DNA of 64,000 nucleotides from an uncultured Senegalimassilia sp. (GCF_934630535.1 NZ_CAKTVU010000002.1:179720-243719), one strand, 5' to 3'. Counted from the stretch's first letter, positions 38,911 through 49,605 are shown. Program-made: numbers and translations. The notes: generated from the letters alone by a model not told the origin.

Positions 38911-41900
38911 CTAGTGCCAGCAAACCTTGCACATGCTGCGATTGCCGGCGTCATACCACGTGCCGTGAAGTATCGTAGTCGACTTGCTTAGCGTGGGACA
39001 ACCGGTAGTTCTGTGATAGCTACCACCGCTTGGCGTCCAATAGACGTACTGCCATTGACCATCAGCGCCCACATAGTAGCCACCAACCCACTGGTTTGTG
39101 GCCATTGCACCGGAACCGGTTACGTAATAGTCGCCAACCCAGCGATTGGTCGCCATCGCGCCGGAACCATCAAAGTAATAATAAGTACCGCCAATGCTTC
39201 TCCAGCCCGTAGCCATCGCGCCTGAAGCATCGAACCAATACCAGGTGCTCCCGAGTTGCAGCCATCCAGTCTGCATGGCGCCAGAACCCGCAAGGTAATA
39301 CCACGCGCCACCGGACTGCTGCCAACCAGTTAACATGGCACCAGAACCGGCGAACAAGTAGTACGTACCGCCAATCCTCGACCAGCCAGTAGCCATTGCG
39401 CCGGAATCGGCAAACCAGTACCACGCTCCGCCGATAGCTTGCCACCCGGTTGCCATGGCACCCGAACTTGCGAGGTAATACCACGCGCCACCGGATTGCT
39501 GCCAGCCGGTCTGCATGGCGCCAGAGCCTGCAAACAAGTAGTACGCGCCATCAACGATACGCCATCCGGTCGCCATTTCACCGTCAACGTCGAACCAATA
39601 CCATGCGCCGCCGATAACTTGCCAGCCGGTCTGCATGGCGCCAGAGCCGTTGCAGTAATACCACTTTCCACCGTCTGACACCCATCCGGTTTTCATGTAT
39701 CCAGATGCATCGAAATAATAGAAAGAGCCATCGATTTCTTTCCAGCAGGAAGAAGGATAGGTATCGTCGCCGTTGCTGTACCACCAGCCACGCGAATCGC
39801 TCATCCATTTCGCCGGGTTCTTCTCGATTGTAAAGGTTTTATCTTGGGTGCCGGAGAAATTGCCCTTGCCCGCGATGGAGACTTTTGCCGTCCCAACCTT
39901 CACGTTATCGGAAAGCGTTAACACGTAATCCGTCCCACGCTTCAGCTCTTTCCCGTTGAACGTGCATTTCACATTTGGGGAAATCGCCTTACCGGTATAG
40001 GCGTACGTTTCATCGATACCGGAAACCTCCACCTCGGAGATGGAAGTGGGCTCTATGCGCCAATCAACGGTAAGATCATCGGAGGTGCCGGTAGAAGCCC
40101 AGACGCAATGCTCCTTATCCTTCAGGGACAGCTTTGCCGCATAAGAGCCGGCGTTCGTGGCGGAGCCGTTTTCGACCGTATAGAAATCGGAATCTTTGAT
40201 TCCCACCTGCTCAGCACCCGTGTACGCTAACCCTTGCGGAGCTGACGGAGCCTCAACGGATTGCCTCTTATCCGGTTTCGGCTCGATAACGTGAATCGTC
40301 ATGGAGCCAAGCTCTTTCACTTCCCAATTGTTAACATCCTGCACATAAGAGCCATAGCGCGCGGAGGTGGGATAGCACAGCGTTACCGTCGTATCCCCAA
40401 CACCTCGTGCAAGCATCTGCAAAACATCTTGATTATTCAAACCTTCGGTGCCGTCGGCGCTCTTGAAAACGGCTACGCCGGTATTGCCCGTTTTGAAAAC
40501 CAAGGGCTGCAGCGCACTGCGTTCCGATTCGGTAAGCTTGTCCAAACCGGCAATGTACTTCGACATATCGAGTTGCTTACCCTGCTCAACGGTCAGCTCA
40601 TCCTGCGTCAAGCTCAGCTTTGCGCCAATATCATCTCGATCGACAACGGTGACCTTGCACGTGCCTTGATTGCCCCAAATGTCACTGATAGTGATATTGG
40701 CAACACCTGCGCTTCTTTCGCTAAGATACCCATCTTTGATGGTAGCCACTTCGGGATTATCGCTAGTGGCGGTTACATACGGAACATAATCCGGGTAACC
40801 GGACGAGGTGACTCCGTAGTCAAACTGAACATGCTGTCGCTTTAGGGCCTCAATAGCTCCATTTGCTTCGTATGAAGAGAGGTAAGTTCCTGACGAGTTC
40901 GGTCGAGCGACTATGCTCGCCCCCTTCGTGATGTTCTTCTCCATGTAAATCGTCGCTTCAGGCTGAACAACCAATGTTGGATTCACCTGCTCGCCAACGT
41001 GAACGGCGATTTTCTTCTCAACGCCCGTCGGATTACCGTCCTTATAAGCAGTCAACGTTAACACGGCATCGCCAGGGTCGCCCACGCAAACCTCAAGATT
41101 AGCATTGGCGCTAAACTGGTTGCGGCTAAGATAGGCGGAAACAACAGATTCATCCGAAGAGGAAACACGCACATCTTGCCCAAGCGTGAACGCATGAGCC
41201 GAATCAGCACCGCGCACCAACACATATGCTTGCGTTCCAAGCTGTTCCACGTGATTGACGCCGCTCGCCTTGCAAATAGCGCAATCCGTAACCGCGTTGA
41301 AGGACAGGGAATCAGCGCTCTCGATGGATGCAATGGGATTCTCTTCAGCGGAAACGACCACATTGACAACCTGATCGTCTTCATAGGTTCGATATCGACC
41401 CTGGAACGAGTAATGAACCTTTATCGTTGCAGTACCGGAAGCCACGGCGTCCAAAACCAATCGCCCGCCGATGCCGGACTCGCTACCGTTTTCATCCAGT
41501 TTGCATGAAACCACCGAGGGATCGCTTGATTCGACCGAGTAGTTAGACAAAGCGTTCCTTGCCACGCGATCCTCGGAAAGCCAGCCACGCTTATCCATAG
41601 TAGGAAGATAGGTGTCAGCGGTGTCAAAAGCAACAGAGGCACCTGGCATCAGGTAGCCATTAGCGCATCCATCATCGATAACATGAATTCCCCAGTTCGG
41701 CTCCGCGCTCATATTGGAGAACTGCCCGTCAACTTTCGCCCCATCACCGAAACGCTCAACAATCGGTGTTGTATCAGCGATTCGATTACCCTGGCAACTA
41801 AAGCTGGTTACCGATTGGGGAATCTTGCTCAGGTCGACAAAATCCAAGCCGCATGAATACAAGTTAAGACTCTCCAACTTGTTGCATGGAAGGAAATCAT

Positions 41901-42648
41901 ACGATTGCAAATCCAGAGAATTGAATGAGCAACGCTCTAAATTCGGAAACAATGATCCATCAAAATTCAAAGCTCCTGAGCAAAACGTCAAAGATAAATT
42001 AGTCAACGTGTTGCTGCATTTTGCAATAACCCTCTCATAGTTCAACTTGGGACATTTAACCAGCCCTAAGCCGCGAATACTATCGACCGGGATATCCAGC
42101 GAACTAAGATTGGCGCATTCGCTGACGATCAACTGCGTCAAATGATTGGCATTGCGAACCTCAATCGACTCAAGCGAAGGCATGCCTCGAACATATAGTG
42201 AGTCCAGATTCGAGGCATCTTCGAGAATCAGGCGCCTCACACCCACAAGCGCATTGCCATCGCGTTCGTCACCGGCTATATCAAGGTTCTTCGGAGTAAT
42301 GTTTCCGGAATTGCCCTGGCTCGTCTCCATATCGAATGTTTTAGGGATTGCCAAAGTATCGCCCGACAAATCAGCATCGCTAATATCGACAGAGTAAAGC
42401 TCCTGGATAGGGTTTCCGCTTTCGTCATACAGAGGATATCCGTTTTCGTCAAAAGAATACTGGCTTGACGTCCATCCGTACAAACCGGAAACACTGGCTG
42501 AAGAAGACGCAACGGCGTCCGCCGATCCGTCTTCCCCCTCAGCGGCAACCGCCACGCCACCCCAGGGCATAAGCCCGACGGCAAGCACGGCAGACAGCCC
42601 AAGCCTAACAGCCCGCGACGGCGGCCTCGATTGGAATCTCTTTGCCAT
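38911..42648 (-). CDS. Large surface protein: LRR region, Ig-like domains, choline-binding-type repeats, C-terminal Cys/His motif
   Basis: Signal peptide; LxxLxLxxC/N repeats; SSDPSVVS/SSDESVVS/SDNPEVAT Ig-like (Big_2-type) strands; YTGKAISP..GTDY..N..GTA; WY repeats; YH..C..CxxC tail. Confidence 0.8.
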   Translation of the reverse strand: MAKRFQSRPPSRAVRLGLSAVLAVGLMPWGGVAVAAEGEDGSADAVASSSASVSGLYGWTSSQYSFDENGYPLYDESGNPIQELYSVDISDADLSGDTLAIPKTFDMETSQGNSGNITPKNLDIAGDERDGNALVGVRRLILEDASNLDSLYVRGMPSLESIEVRNANHLTQLIVSECANLSSLDIPVDSIRGLGLVKCPKLNYERVIAKCSNTLTNLSLTFCSGALNFDGSLFPNLERCSFNSLDLQSYDFLPCNKLESLNLYSCGLDFVDLSKIPQSVTSFSCQGNRIADTTPIVERFGDGAKVDGQFSNMSAEPNWGIHVIDDGCANGYLMPGASVAFDTADTYLPTMDKRGWLSEDRVARNALSNYSVESSDPSVVSCKLDENGSESGIGGRLVLDAVASGTATIKVHYSFQGRYRTYEDDQVVNVVVSAEENPIASIESADSLSFNAVTDCAICKASGVNHVEQLGTQAYVLVRGADSAHAFTLGQDVRVSSSDESVVSAYLSRNQFSANANLEVCVGDPGDAVLTLTAYKDGNPTGVEKKIAVHVGEQVNPTLVVQPEATIYMEKNITKGASIVARPNSSGTYLSSYEANGAIEALKRQHVQFDYGVTSSGYPDYVPYVTATSDNPEVATIKDGYLSERSAGVANITISDIWGNQGTCKVTVVDRDDIGAKLSLTQDELTVEQGKQLDMSKYIAGLDKLTESERSALQPLVFKTGNTGVAVFKSADGTEGLNNQDVLQMLARGVGDTTVTLCYPTSARYGSYVQDVNNWEVKELGSMTIHVIEPKPDKRQSVEAPSAPQGLAYTGAEQVGIKDSDFYTVENGSATNAGSYAAKLSLKDKEHCVWASTGTSDDLTVDWRIEPTSISEVEVSGIDETYAYTGKAISPNVKCTFNGKELKRGTDYVLTLSDNVKVGTAKVSIAGKGNFSGTQDKTFTIEKNPAKWMSDSRGWWYSNGDDTYPSSCWKEIDGSFYYFDASGYMKTGWVSDGGKWYYCNGSGAMQTGWQVIGGAWYWFDVDGEMATGWRIVDGAYYLFAGSGAMQTGWQQSGGAWYYLASSGAMATGWQAIGGAWYWFADSGAMATGWSRIGGTYYLFAGSGAMLTGWQQSGGAWYYLAGSGAMQTGWLQLGSTWYWFDASGAMATGWRSIGGTYYYFDGSGAMATNRWVGDYYVTGSGAMATNQWVGGYYVGADGQWQYVYWTPSGGSYHRTTGCPTLSKSTTILHGTWYDAGNRSMCKVCWH

Positions 42649-42934
42649 TTCTACCCCTTTCCTAAGAGAAAGCTACCTGACCGTATTATCCCCCCTCACA
42701 AGCTCTTCATAAAGCATGTATCGCTCGAATTAAACGCATTATTACGTTTGCTCAAACGAGGAATGTGAGCCCTCCCTCATATCTAGCCACATATATTCGG
42801 CAAGGTTCAATAGATACGCAAATGACCCTGCTGTTCAATATTTAGCATACTTGTGATGATTTTGAACAATACCTCACATTGTTCGAACTTCTTGTTACGA
42901 TTCGAATATCCGAACAACGAAAGGCGCTTCAACA

Positions 42935-44701
42935 ATGCTGTCTCAGAATCAATTCAAAGTGATCAACGCTCTCAACAAGCAAAGCGAGCTTACCCAAAGA
43001 GAGCTTTCAAACGAGACCGGACTTAGCCTTGCCACGATCAACGCCACCTGCAAAGAGTGCGAAACTGCCGGCTTGATCGAAAGCGGCCGACTCACTATTG
43101 CGGGCATAGCCGCATTGAAGCCCTATGCTGTAGATAATGCGGTTATCCTTGCAGCCGGCCTCTCATCGCGTTTCGCCCCTATTTCCTATGAGCGCCCTAA
43201 GGGACTGCTAAAAGTTCGCGGCGAAATCCTCATCGAGCGCCAAATCGAACAGCTCCAAGCTGTAGGAATCCGCGACATCGTCATCGTAGTCGGCTACAAA
43301 AAGGAATCGTTCTTCTACCTCGAGGACAAATATGGGGTGAAGATCGTTGTTAATCGCGAGTATGCATCTCGCAACAACAATTCCTCGCTCATGCTGGTTC
43401 GCGAGATTCTCGACAACACCTACATCTGCTCGTCGGATAACTATTTTGAGGAAAACCCCTTCGAAAGCCATGTGTGGAAGGCTTATTACTCCGCAGAGTA
43501 CGCTGAGGGCTTCACGAAGGAATGGTGCATCAAAACCGGATCGCATGACCGAATCACAAAGGTGACTGTCGGCGGAACCGATGCGTGGTACATGATTGGT
43601 CACGTGTTCTTCGACCGCGTGTTCTCCGCACATTTCCGCGAAATCCTTGAGGCCGAGTACGATCTACCCCAAACTCGCGACAAGCTCTGGGAAGACCTGT
43701 ACGTCGAGCACATCAAAGAGTTCGACATGCAAATCAGACGATACGACCAGCCGATCATCCACGAGTTCGACTCACTCGATGAGCTGCGAGACTTCGACCC
43801 CCTCTTCCTTGAGAACCTTGATTCCGAGATCTTCGACAACATCGTCGCAGTTCTCGGCTGCGACAAATCCGAAATCCATAACGTCTACCCGCTCAAACAG
43901 GGGCTTACGAACCTCAGCTGCCACTTCTCCACCAATGATGGCGAATGGGTATATCGCCACCCCGGCGTAGGAACAGAGCTGCTCATCGACCGCGCAGCGG
44001 AGAAAACCGCCCTCGAAACCGCGCGAACTCTTGGGCTGGACAACACCTTCGTTTTCGAAAATCCTCGACGCGGTTGGAAGATCTCGAAGTTCATTCCCGA
44101 CTGCAAAAACCTCGACCCGAAAAACGATGCCCAGCTGCAGAAAGCAATGACTATGGCGCGTCAGCTGCACGAGTCCGACGCCACCGTCGAACGCCGCTTC
44201 AGCTTCTACGACGAAGGCAAAGGCTACGAGCAATCGCTCTTGGCAAGAGGCCCCATCGATGTTACGGATTGGGCGGACATGGAAGCCCAGGCAACGGAGC
44301 TCCATATGCTGCTTGAGGCGGAAAGCAGCGAACCGGTGTTGTGCCACAACGACTTCTTCAGCCTGAATTTCCTTGTTGAGGAAAACGGCAACGTCAGCCT
44401 AATCGACTGGGAATACGCAGGCATGAGCGACTATGCAAATGATTTTGGCACGTTTTGCGTATGCGATCAACTTGACGAGGAAGAGATGCATCGCGCTCTC
44501 ACGCACTACTTCGGGCGCACGCCCACGGATGCCGAATGGCGGCATAACCTTGCCCAGGTTGGAATGGCAGGCTGGTGTTGGTACGCGTGGTCGCTTCTGA
44601 AAGAATCGGAAGGCGAAAACGTCGGCGAGTGGGCCTACATCTACTACCGCTACGGCAAAACGTATCTGAAAAAAGCGCTGGACCTGTACAAACAGCAATA
44701 G
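42935..44701 (+). CDS. Winged-HTH / phosphocholine cytidylyltransferase (LicC-like) / choline kinase (LicA-like) fusion
   Basis: N-terminal TQRELSNETGLSLATIN HTH; ILAAGLSSRFAP..PKGLL NTP-transferase; GLTN, CHNDF..NFL and IDWEY kinase motifs. Confidence 0.88.
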   Translation: MLSQNQFKVINALNKQSELTQRELSNETGLSLATINATCKECETAGLIESGRLTIAGIAALKPYAVDNAVILAAGLSSRFAPISYERPKGLLKVRGEILIERQIEQLQAVGIRDIVIVVGYKKESFFYLEDKYGVKIVVNREYASRNNNSSLMLVREILDNTYICSSDNYFEENPFESHVWKAYYSAEYAEGFTKEWCIKTGSHDRITKVTVGGTDAWYMIGHVFFDRVFSAHFREILEAEYDLPQTRDKLWEDLYVEHIKEFDMQIRRYDQPIIHEFDSLDELRDFDPLFLENLDSEIFDNIVAVLGCDKSEIHNVYPLKQGLTNLSCHFSTNDGEWVYRHPGVGTELLIDRAAEKTALETARTLGLDNTFVFENPRRGWKISKFIPDCKNLDPKNDAQLQKAMTMARQLHESDATVERRFSFYDEGKGYEQSLLARGPIDVTDWADMEAQATELHMLLEAESSEPVLCHNDFFSLNFLVEENGNVSLIDWEYAGMSDYANDFGTFCVCDQLDEEEMHRALTHYFGRTPTDAEWRHNLAQVGMAGWCWYAWSLLKESEGENVGEWAYIYYRYGKTYLKKALDLYKQQ

Positions 44702-44738
44702 CTCTCAAAAGGCACCACGAGATCAAGGGAGGAATCCG

Positions 44739-45845
44739 ATGGAGGCAAAAGTCAAAACACTACGCAACCAGCGGCGAAAACAGTTCATGACGAGGGGCAT
44801 CACCTTTGCCGTGGCATCAGGTATCTGCTACGGCTTATACACGGGCTTCCTCACCTTGGCGGAAACCCAAGGAGTATGGGGCGACTGGTTCGCGGGCACC
44901 GAATGGGGCAACGGCAATGCAGCACTGAACGCATTCACCATCACGTTCACGCTTGCCGCCTTAGCAGCAGGCCTCAACGACCTGTTCAGCGGCATATGGT
45001 CGATTGCAGTTTGCGCGAAAAACCGGCAGCTTGGCGATTTCTGGAAAACCCTTAAAACCAAGCCGGGCCGCGTGATGATGCTCTGCGCGATAATCGGAGG
45101 TCCCTTCGCGACGATCTGCTATGTAATCGGTCTCAACTCGGCGACGGCTTCAGGAAACCCAGGCGTAATCGTACCTATCGCTGCTTTAAATTGCGCCATC
45201 GGCGCAGTGCTCGGACGCATCCTCTTCAAGCAAAAGCTGAGTGCGCATAAGGTTATCGGCATTCTGGTTTGTCTAGCATCTGCGGGCATGATCGGAGGAG
45301 CAAGCTTCGCCTCCATGGGACCCGACGCACTGCTCGGTTGCCTGTTCGCCTTCCTGGCGGCGTTCGGATGGGGATTCGAAGGCTGCGTCGCCGGCTTCGG
45401 CACTATATTGATTGATTACCGAATCGGCATCGCCATTCGCCAAACCACCGCAGGACTCCTAGAACTGCTGGTCGCCTTCCCCATCCTTGCTACCATCGGT
45501 GGAGGTATCGGCAGCGTTCCGGAGCTGCTTGGCGCGGCAACCTCCACTCCGGCATTGCTTATCTTTGCCATCTCCGGCCTATTTGCCATGCCAGCTTACT
45601 CCTTCTGGTATAAGGGCAATTCGATGTGCGGTACAGCTCTGGGCATGGCATGCAATGGCATGTACGCATTCTGGGGTCCGCTATTCATCTGGTTGATTCT
45701 TGGAGTACTGAACATCGGCGGCATGAGCGCCGATTACCCGCCGCTCTCGATGACGCAATGGTTCGGAGCGATCATCATGGTCGCAGGTATCTTCTGCATC
45801 GCAGTGAACCCGATCGATATGATTCGCAAAAAGCAGGAGGATTAA
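44739..45845 (+). CDS. DMT/EamA-family transporter, likely LicB-like choline permease
   Basis: About 10 TM helices in two repeats, directly downstream of the licCA-like gene. Confidence 0.75.
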   Translation: MEAKVKTLRNQRRKQFMTRGITFAVASGICYGLYTGFLTLAETQGVWGDWFAGTEWGNGNAALNAFTITFTLAALAAGLNDLFSGIWSIAVCAKNRQLGDFWKTLKTKPGRVMMLCAIIGGPFATICYVIGLNSATASGNPGVIVPIAALNCAIGAVLGRILFKQKLSAHKVIGILVCLASAGMIGGASFASMGPDALLGCLFAFLAAFGWGFEGCVAGFGTILIDYRIGIAIRQTTAGLLELLVAFPILATIGGGIGSVPELLGAATSTPALLIFAISGLFAMPAYSFWYKGNSMCGTALGMACNGMYAFWGPLFIWLILGVLNIGGMSADYPPLSMTQWFGAIIMVAGIFCIAVNPIDMIRKKQED

Positions 45846-45848
45846 ACG

Positions 45849-46121
45849 ATGAGCAACGAACTGCCTTTGTATTACGCAATCATGAAACACTTCACCAACG
45901 GCAAACCCGATTGCGCAGAGGGCGTAATGCGTGATCTGGCCGCCAGCTATAGCGCCTACAAGCTGTTCACCAGGAAAGACATCGACGAAGCGCTAGCAAC
46001 CGCCAAGGAAAATGGGCTTCTAGACGAGTGCGATTGGGAAATAGACGCCAATAACGAGCTGCGAACCTACTATATTGCGAACGACTTCGGGAAAGATATG
46101 ATTGCGCGGTATATCGGATAA
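45849..46121 (+). CDS. Small hypothetical protein closing the lic-like operon
   Basis: RBS GGAGG, 3 bp after the transporter stop, plausible codon usage. Confidence 0.7.
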   Translation: MSNELPLYYAIMKHFTNGKPDCAEGVMRDLAASYSAYKLFTRKDIDEALATAKENGLLDECDWEIDANNELRTYYIANDFGKDMIARYIG

Positions 46122-46238
46122 TCAAACGTATCCGCATCATTCCTCGCATCATTTTGGGACGCACAGCGCGACGAGCATCGAGCAATCGATCCTCCCTGCT
46201 CGTCGCGCAAAATCAAACACAATCGTTCAAGTCAAACG

Positions 46239-48344
46239 CTAGCCCTCCACCGCGGTTATCTTGTACAAACGCATATCGCCTTCCGCAAGGACAACCTCGA
46301 ATCCCGGAGTATCATCACGTATCGAGTCAATGCCCCGCCACTGCTCTCCCTCTCCATAGGTGAACAAATGCGGGCTCTCGACGTAAGGCTCCCCTTGGTC
46401 GAGCTGCAGAACGTATTGTCCGCCGATTACTGACACTGCCTCCCGAACATCATTTCTAGTGGCAGCATCGCAGAGATTATCACGGATAATTCGACTCTCC
46501 ATCGTCTCATTCGGGACGTCATAATCGCGCGTATGCCTGAAATAGGTTCGTAAATCATCCGCAGCAAATGCGAAAGCCGATCCATCATCCGGAACATTGA
46601 TAATCAAGGCACCATAAGGCACCGCATGTTTGACTTCCTGAACAAAAGCCTGCTCAGCATCATCGTACACAGAAGCAACCAACGCTCCGGTATGCAGACC
46701 GCTCAGCACCGATCTAAACGCAATGGCTCCAGTTTGCGACCCTGGAGCAGGTATTCCCGGAAACGTCGAACCTAGCACCGCGAACAGCGCAAGGCAGGCA
46801 GCAATAGCCGTTGACGCAGAAAGCGGAACCGTAGCTTTTCGCACTTTCTCGATAAGCATGATAATCCCTCGCCAGCATGCATATAGACCCATTGCCGATA
46901 AGAAGATACCGATCAACGACGCCATAGCACCGCAGCGCCATGGATCGGTATACCAAAACCCGCCAAAAATGTGCTTCAACGGCCCATCGGAGTATCCGTT
47001 CACCACAAAAATCAAGCAGGCAAACGCATAAGAAAACGACAGCCAAAGATACCTACGGTGCCAAAGCGTCCAAGCGGCCCCTATCATAATGAGTCCAGCC
47101 AGGATTATCTGAGACCCTTCGGCCATAAACCCAACGACCAGGGCGTCCTCAAAAGCCTCCAACCTATCAGCATAGGGAAGCCAGGTATGCTGAACAACCG
47201 AAGCCAAAAAAGGAGCGTTATAGCACGCCATCCAGATTGCATAAATGATGGCAAGAGCAATTGCGCCGAACAAGATACGCATAGCAACGCAAGATTTCGC
47301 CCTGCACCTCATCGACAGAGGAATACGCGATGCCTGCCAGATGCAGAAAGGCGCAAGCAACACGGCAAGCGTGAACACAGCATTCGGCTGAGCCAAAGCC
47401 AGCGACAGCAATGCAAAGACGAAGACAACGGCAAGACCTACGCGCTGTTTACGAGAACAACCGAACTGAAACATCAGCAAAAAAGTAGCCGCGGCGGCAG
47501 GAACAAGACAAAACGCGGATAAGTTCGGATAGAGAGGACCGAACAAGATAATCATCCAAGGAAACCCTGCAAACAGCAGCGTGCAGAAAGTGCCAAAAGG
47601 AATAACAGCCTTTCGATCGTCGAACAGCACACGCATAAAAGCAAACGAACCAGCAGGAAGGACGAATGCCACAAAAACGAAGTTTGCCACGTTTTCCGCA
47701 AGAGCAGTTGTGACCCCCATAGAAGTGACCGCTAATGCAGCTATTGAATACCATGCGGTCGGGTAAAAACCACCACCCGGCAAAGGATTAATGGCAGCAT
47801 CGCTAGCTGACGAATACAACGATGAAGCAAATGGCGACCAAACCCCGGAGTTAACAAAGCTCTGAACAGTTCCAAGATGACTGATGTTGTCGAATTGTTG
47901 CGCGTACGAATCAGGAGACCCTAAATACCAGACGAACAAACCGCCGGCAAACAGGCACGCAAACGCAATGTAGCCAAGAAGGCATGCACTATCAAACGAT
48001 AGCCTGCCACCAAGCACCGTCCCGTGATCCGACAGGGAAAATGAGACAGGGTGCTTTCGTTTGAGACCGAAACGCAGAATCGCAAAAATAATCGCAGCTA
48101 AAGCAAGCAGCGGACCCGCCTGCGACGCCCAGCAAGACCAAATCCCAAGCTTCTCATACGCCAAACCAACCAGTGCGTATGCGGCCACACCCAAAAGCGA
48201 AGCCAGCGAGAACGCAAGACAACGCGACACGCCGAATCCGCGCAGCATAAGAAACCCTGGGCCGAACAACGATATCGCGACTATGGCAGTCGTCAGAAAA
48301 AACAAACCCCACATGGGAGGCACCTTCCTTATGGTATTTAGCAA
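46239..48344 (-). CDS. Polytopic membrane protein, DUF6541-like (possible GT-C transferase/ligase)
   Basis: Many TM helices; DNISHL, FYPTAWY, QPNA, WYTDPWR and PDDGS motifs. Family recalled from memory. Confidence 0.65.
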   Translation of the reverse strand: MLNTIRKVPPMWGLFFLTTAIVAISLFGPGFLMLRGFGVSRCLAFSLASLLGVAAYALVGLAYEKLGIWSCWASQAGPLLALAAIIFAILRFGLKRKHPVSFSLSDHGTVLGGRLSFDSACLLGYIAFACLFAGGLFVWYLGSPDSYAQQFDNISHLGTVQSFVNSGVWSPFASSLYSSASDAAINPLPGGGFYPTAWYSIAALAVTSMGVTTALAENVANFVFVAFVLPAGSFAFMRVLFDDRKAVIPFGTFCTLLFAGFPWMIILFGPLYPNLSAFCLVPAAAATFLLMFQFGCSRKQRVGLAVVFVFALLSLALAQPNAVFTLAVLLAPFCIWQASRIPLSMRCRAKSCVAMRILFGAIALAIIYAIWMACYNAPFLASVVQHTWLPYADRLEAFEDALVVGFMAEGSQIILAGLIMIGAAWTLWHRRYLWLSFSYAFACLIFVVNGYSDGPLKHIFGGFWYTDPWRCGAMASLIGIFLSAMGLYACWRGIIMLIEKVRKATVPLSASTAIAACLALFAVLGSTFPGIPAPGSQTGAIAFRSVLSGLHTGALVASVYDDAEQAFVQEVKHAVPYGALIINVPDDGSAFAFAADDLRTYFRHTRDYDVPNETMESRIIRDNLCDAATRNDVREAVSVIGGQYVLQLDQGEPYVESPHLFTYGEGEQWRGIDSIRDDTPGFEVVLAEGDMRLYKITAVEG

Positions 48345-48439
48345 TATCGAACTATTTTACGTTATGATTTGAACAGTTTGGCAAAATAACGGCGCAGCTT
48401 ACATTACAGCATAGGCGCCAGATCAACCAAAGGACGAAC

Positions 48440-49549
48440 ATGAGCGAATCGCTTGTATCGATAATCGTGCCGATTTACAACGCAGGCCCCTATCTGGAGC
48501 AATGTCTAGACAGCATCGTCGGGCAAACGCAAGATAACTTGGAAATCATCTTGCTCAACGACGGCAGCACCGACAAGTCGCTTTCCATCATGCAACGCTA
48601 TGCCGCCAACGATAACCGTATCAAAATCATCGATAAGCAGAACCAAGGTTATGGCGCCACGTGCAATCGAGGCCTCACCGAAGCTACTGGCACCTGGATC
48701 TCCATTGTGGAACCTGACGACTGGATCGAACCTGGCATGTATTCCGACATGCTTGCCTTTGAGAGCGATTTTGCTCAAGCAGGGACACCACTCGACATCG
48801 TGAAAACACCGTATTGGCGCATCTGGATGCCCGACACCAAACAGCAGCGCAAGCTGAACTGCAGCTACAAAAACCGCATCCATCCTGCAAAGCAGCCTTT
48901 TGCCATTGCTGATGCAGCACACCTGCTGTGCCATCATCCGTCTATCTGGTCTGCCATCTATCGCAAATCATTCTTGGACGATCATGGCATTCGCTTTAAA
49001 GAGATCCCTGGTGCCGGCTGGGCCGACAATCCATTCCTGGTTGAAACGCTGTGCCAAACAGACCGTATCGGCTACTTCGACACCGCATATTACTGCTATC
49101 GCGAGGAAACGCCGGAAAAATCGAAGAACTTCGCCCACACGAACACCCTGCTGCCACTTGAGCGTTGGAACGATATGATGGATGTTCTCGAGCGGTTGAA
49201 CGTCACCGACGAACGCATTCTGCGAGCTCACAACAGCCGCGGATTCACCTACCTGTCCGGCATCATCGAAGAAGTCGACCTGACCCATGATGACGTTCGC
49301 GCGGAGGCAAAGCATATGTTCGAGCGCATGGATGCAAACCTAGTGTTTACCGACAACGAGGTATCGCCGGGTATGAAGCGCCTTTATGCAAATCTAAGAG
49401 GCATCCCCTGCCCGAAGATCAACCCCATGCCACACATGATGGGACTAATCGGACAGGGCGTTTACAATCTGAAGAACACCGGGGTAGTTAATACCCTTTT
49501 TGCAACAAAGAACTATCTCGCAAAACGAAACCGACGCGAGGGGAAATAA
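48440..49549 (+). CDS. Glycosyltransferase family 2
   Basis: SIIVPIYNA, NDGSTD, NQGYG, EPDD. Confidence 0.92.
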   Translation: MSESLVSIIVPIYNAGPYLEQCLDSIVGQTQDNLEIILLNDGSTDKSLSIMQRYAANDNRIKIIDKQNQGYGATCNRGLTEATGTWISIVEPDDWIEPGMYSDMLAFESDFAQAGTPLDIVKTPYWRIWMPDTKQQRKLNCSYKNRIHPAKQPFAIADAAHLLCHHPSIWSAIYRKSFLDDHGIRFKEIPGAGWADNPFLVETLCQTDRIGYFDTAYYCYREETPEKSKNFAHTNTLLPLERWNDMMDVLERLNVTDERILRAHNSRGFTYLSGIIEEVDLTHDDVRAEAKHMFERMDANLVFTDNEVSPGMKRLYANLRGIPCPKINPMPHMMGLIGQGVYNLKNTGVVNTLFATKNYLAKRNRREGK

Positions 49550-49566
49550 CTCCGACCACTCCAACC

Positions 49567-49605
49567 AAGCGAATGGGCTGCCCAATACGGGCAGCCCATT
49601 CGCTT
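49567..49605. terminator. Hairpin terminator between convergent GT2 and licD
   Basis: AAGCGAATGGGCTGCCC-aatac-GGGCAGCCCATTCGCTT, a perfect 17-bp stem. Confidence 0.75.
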
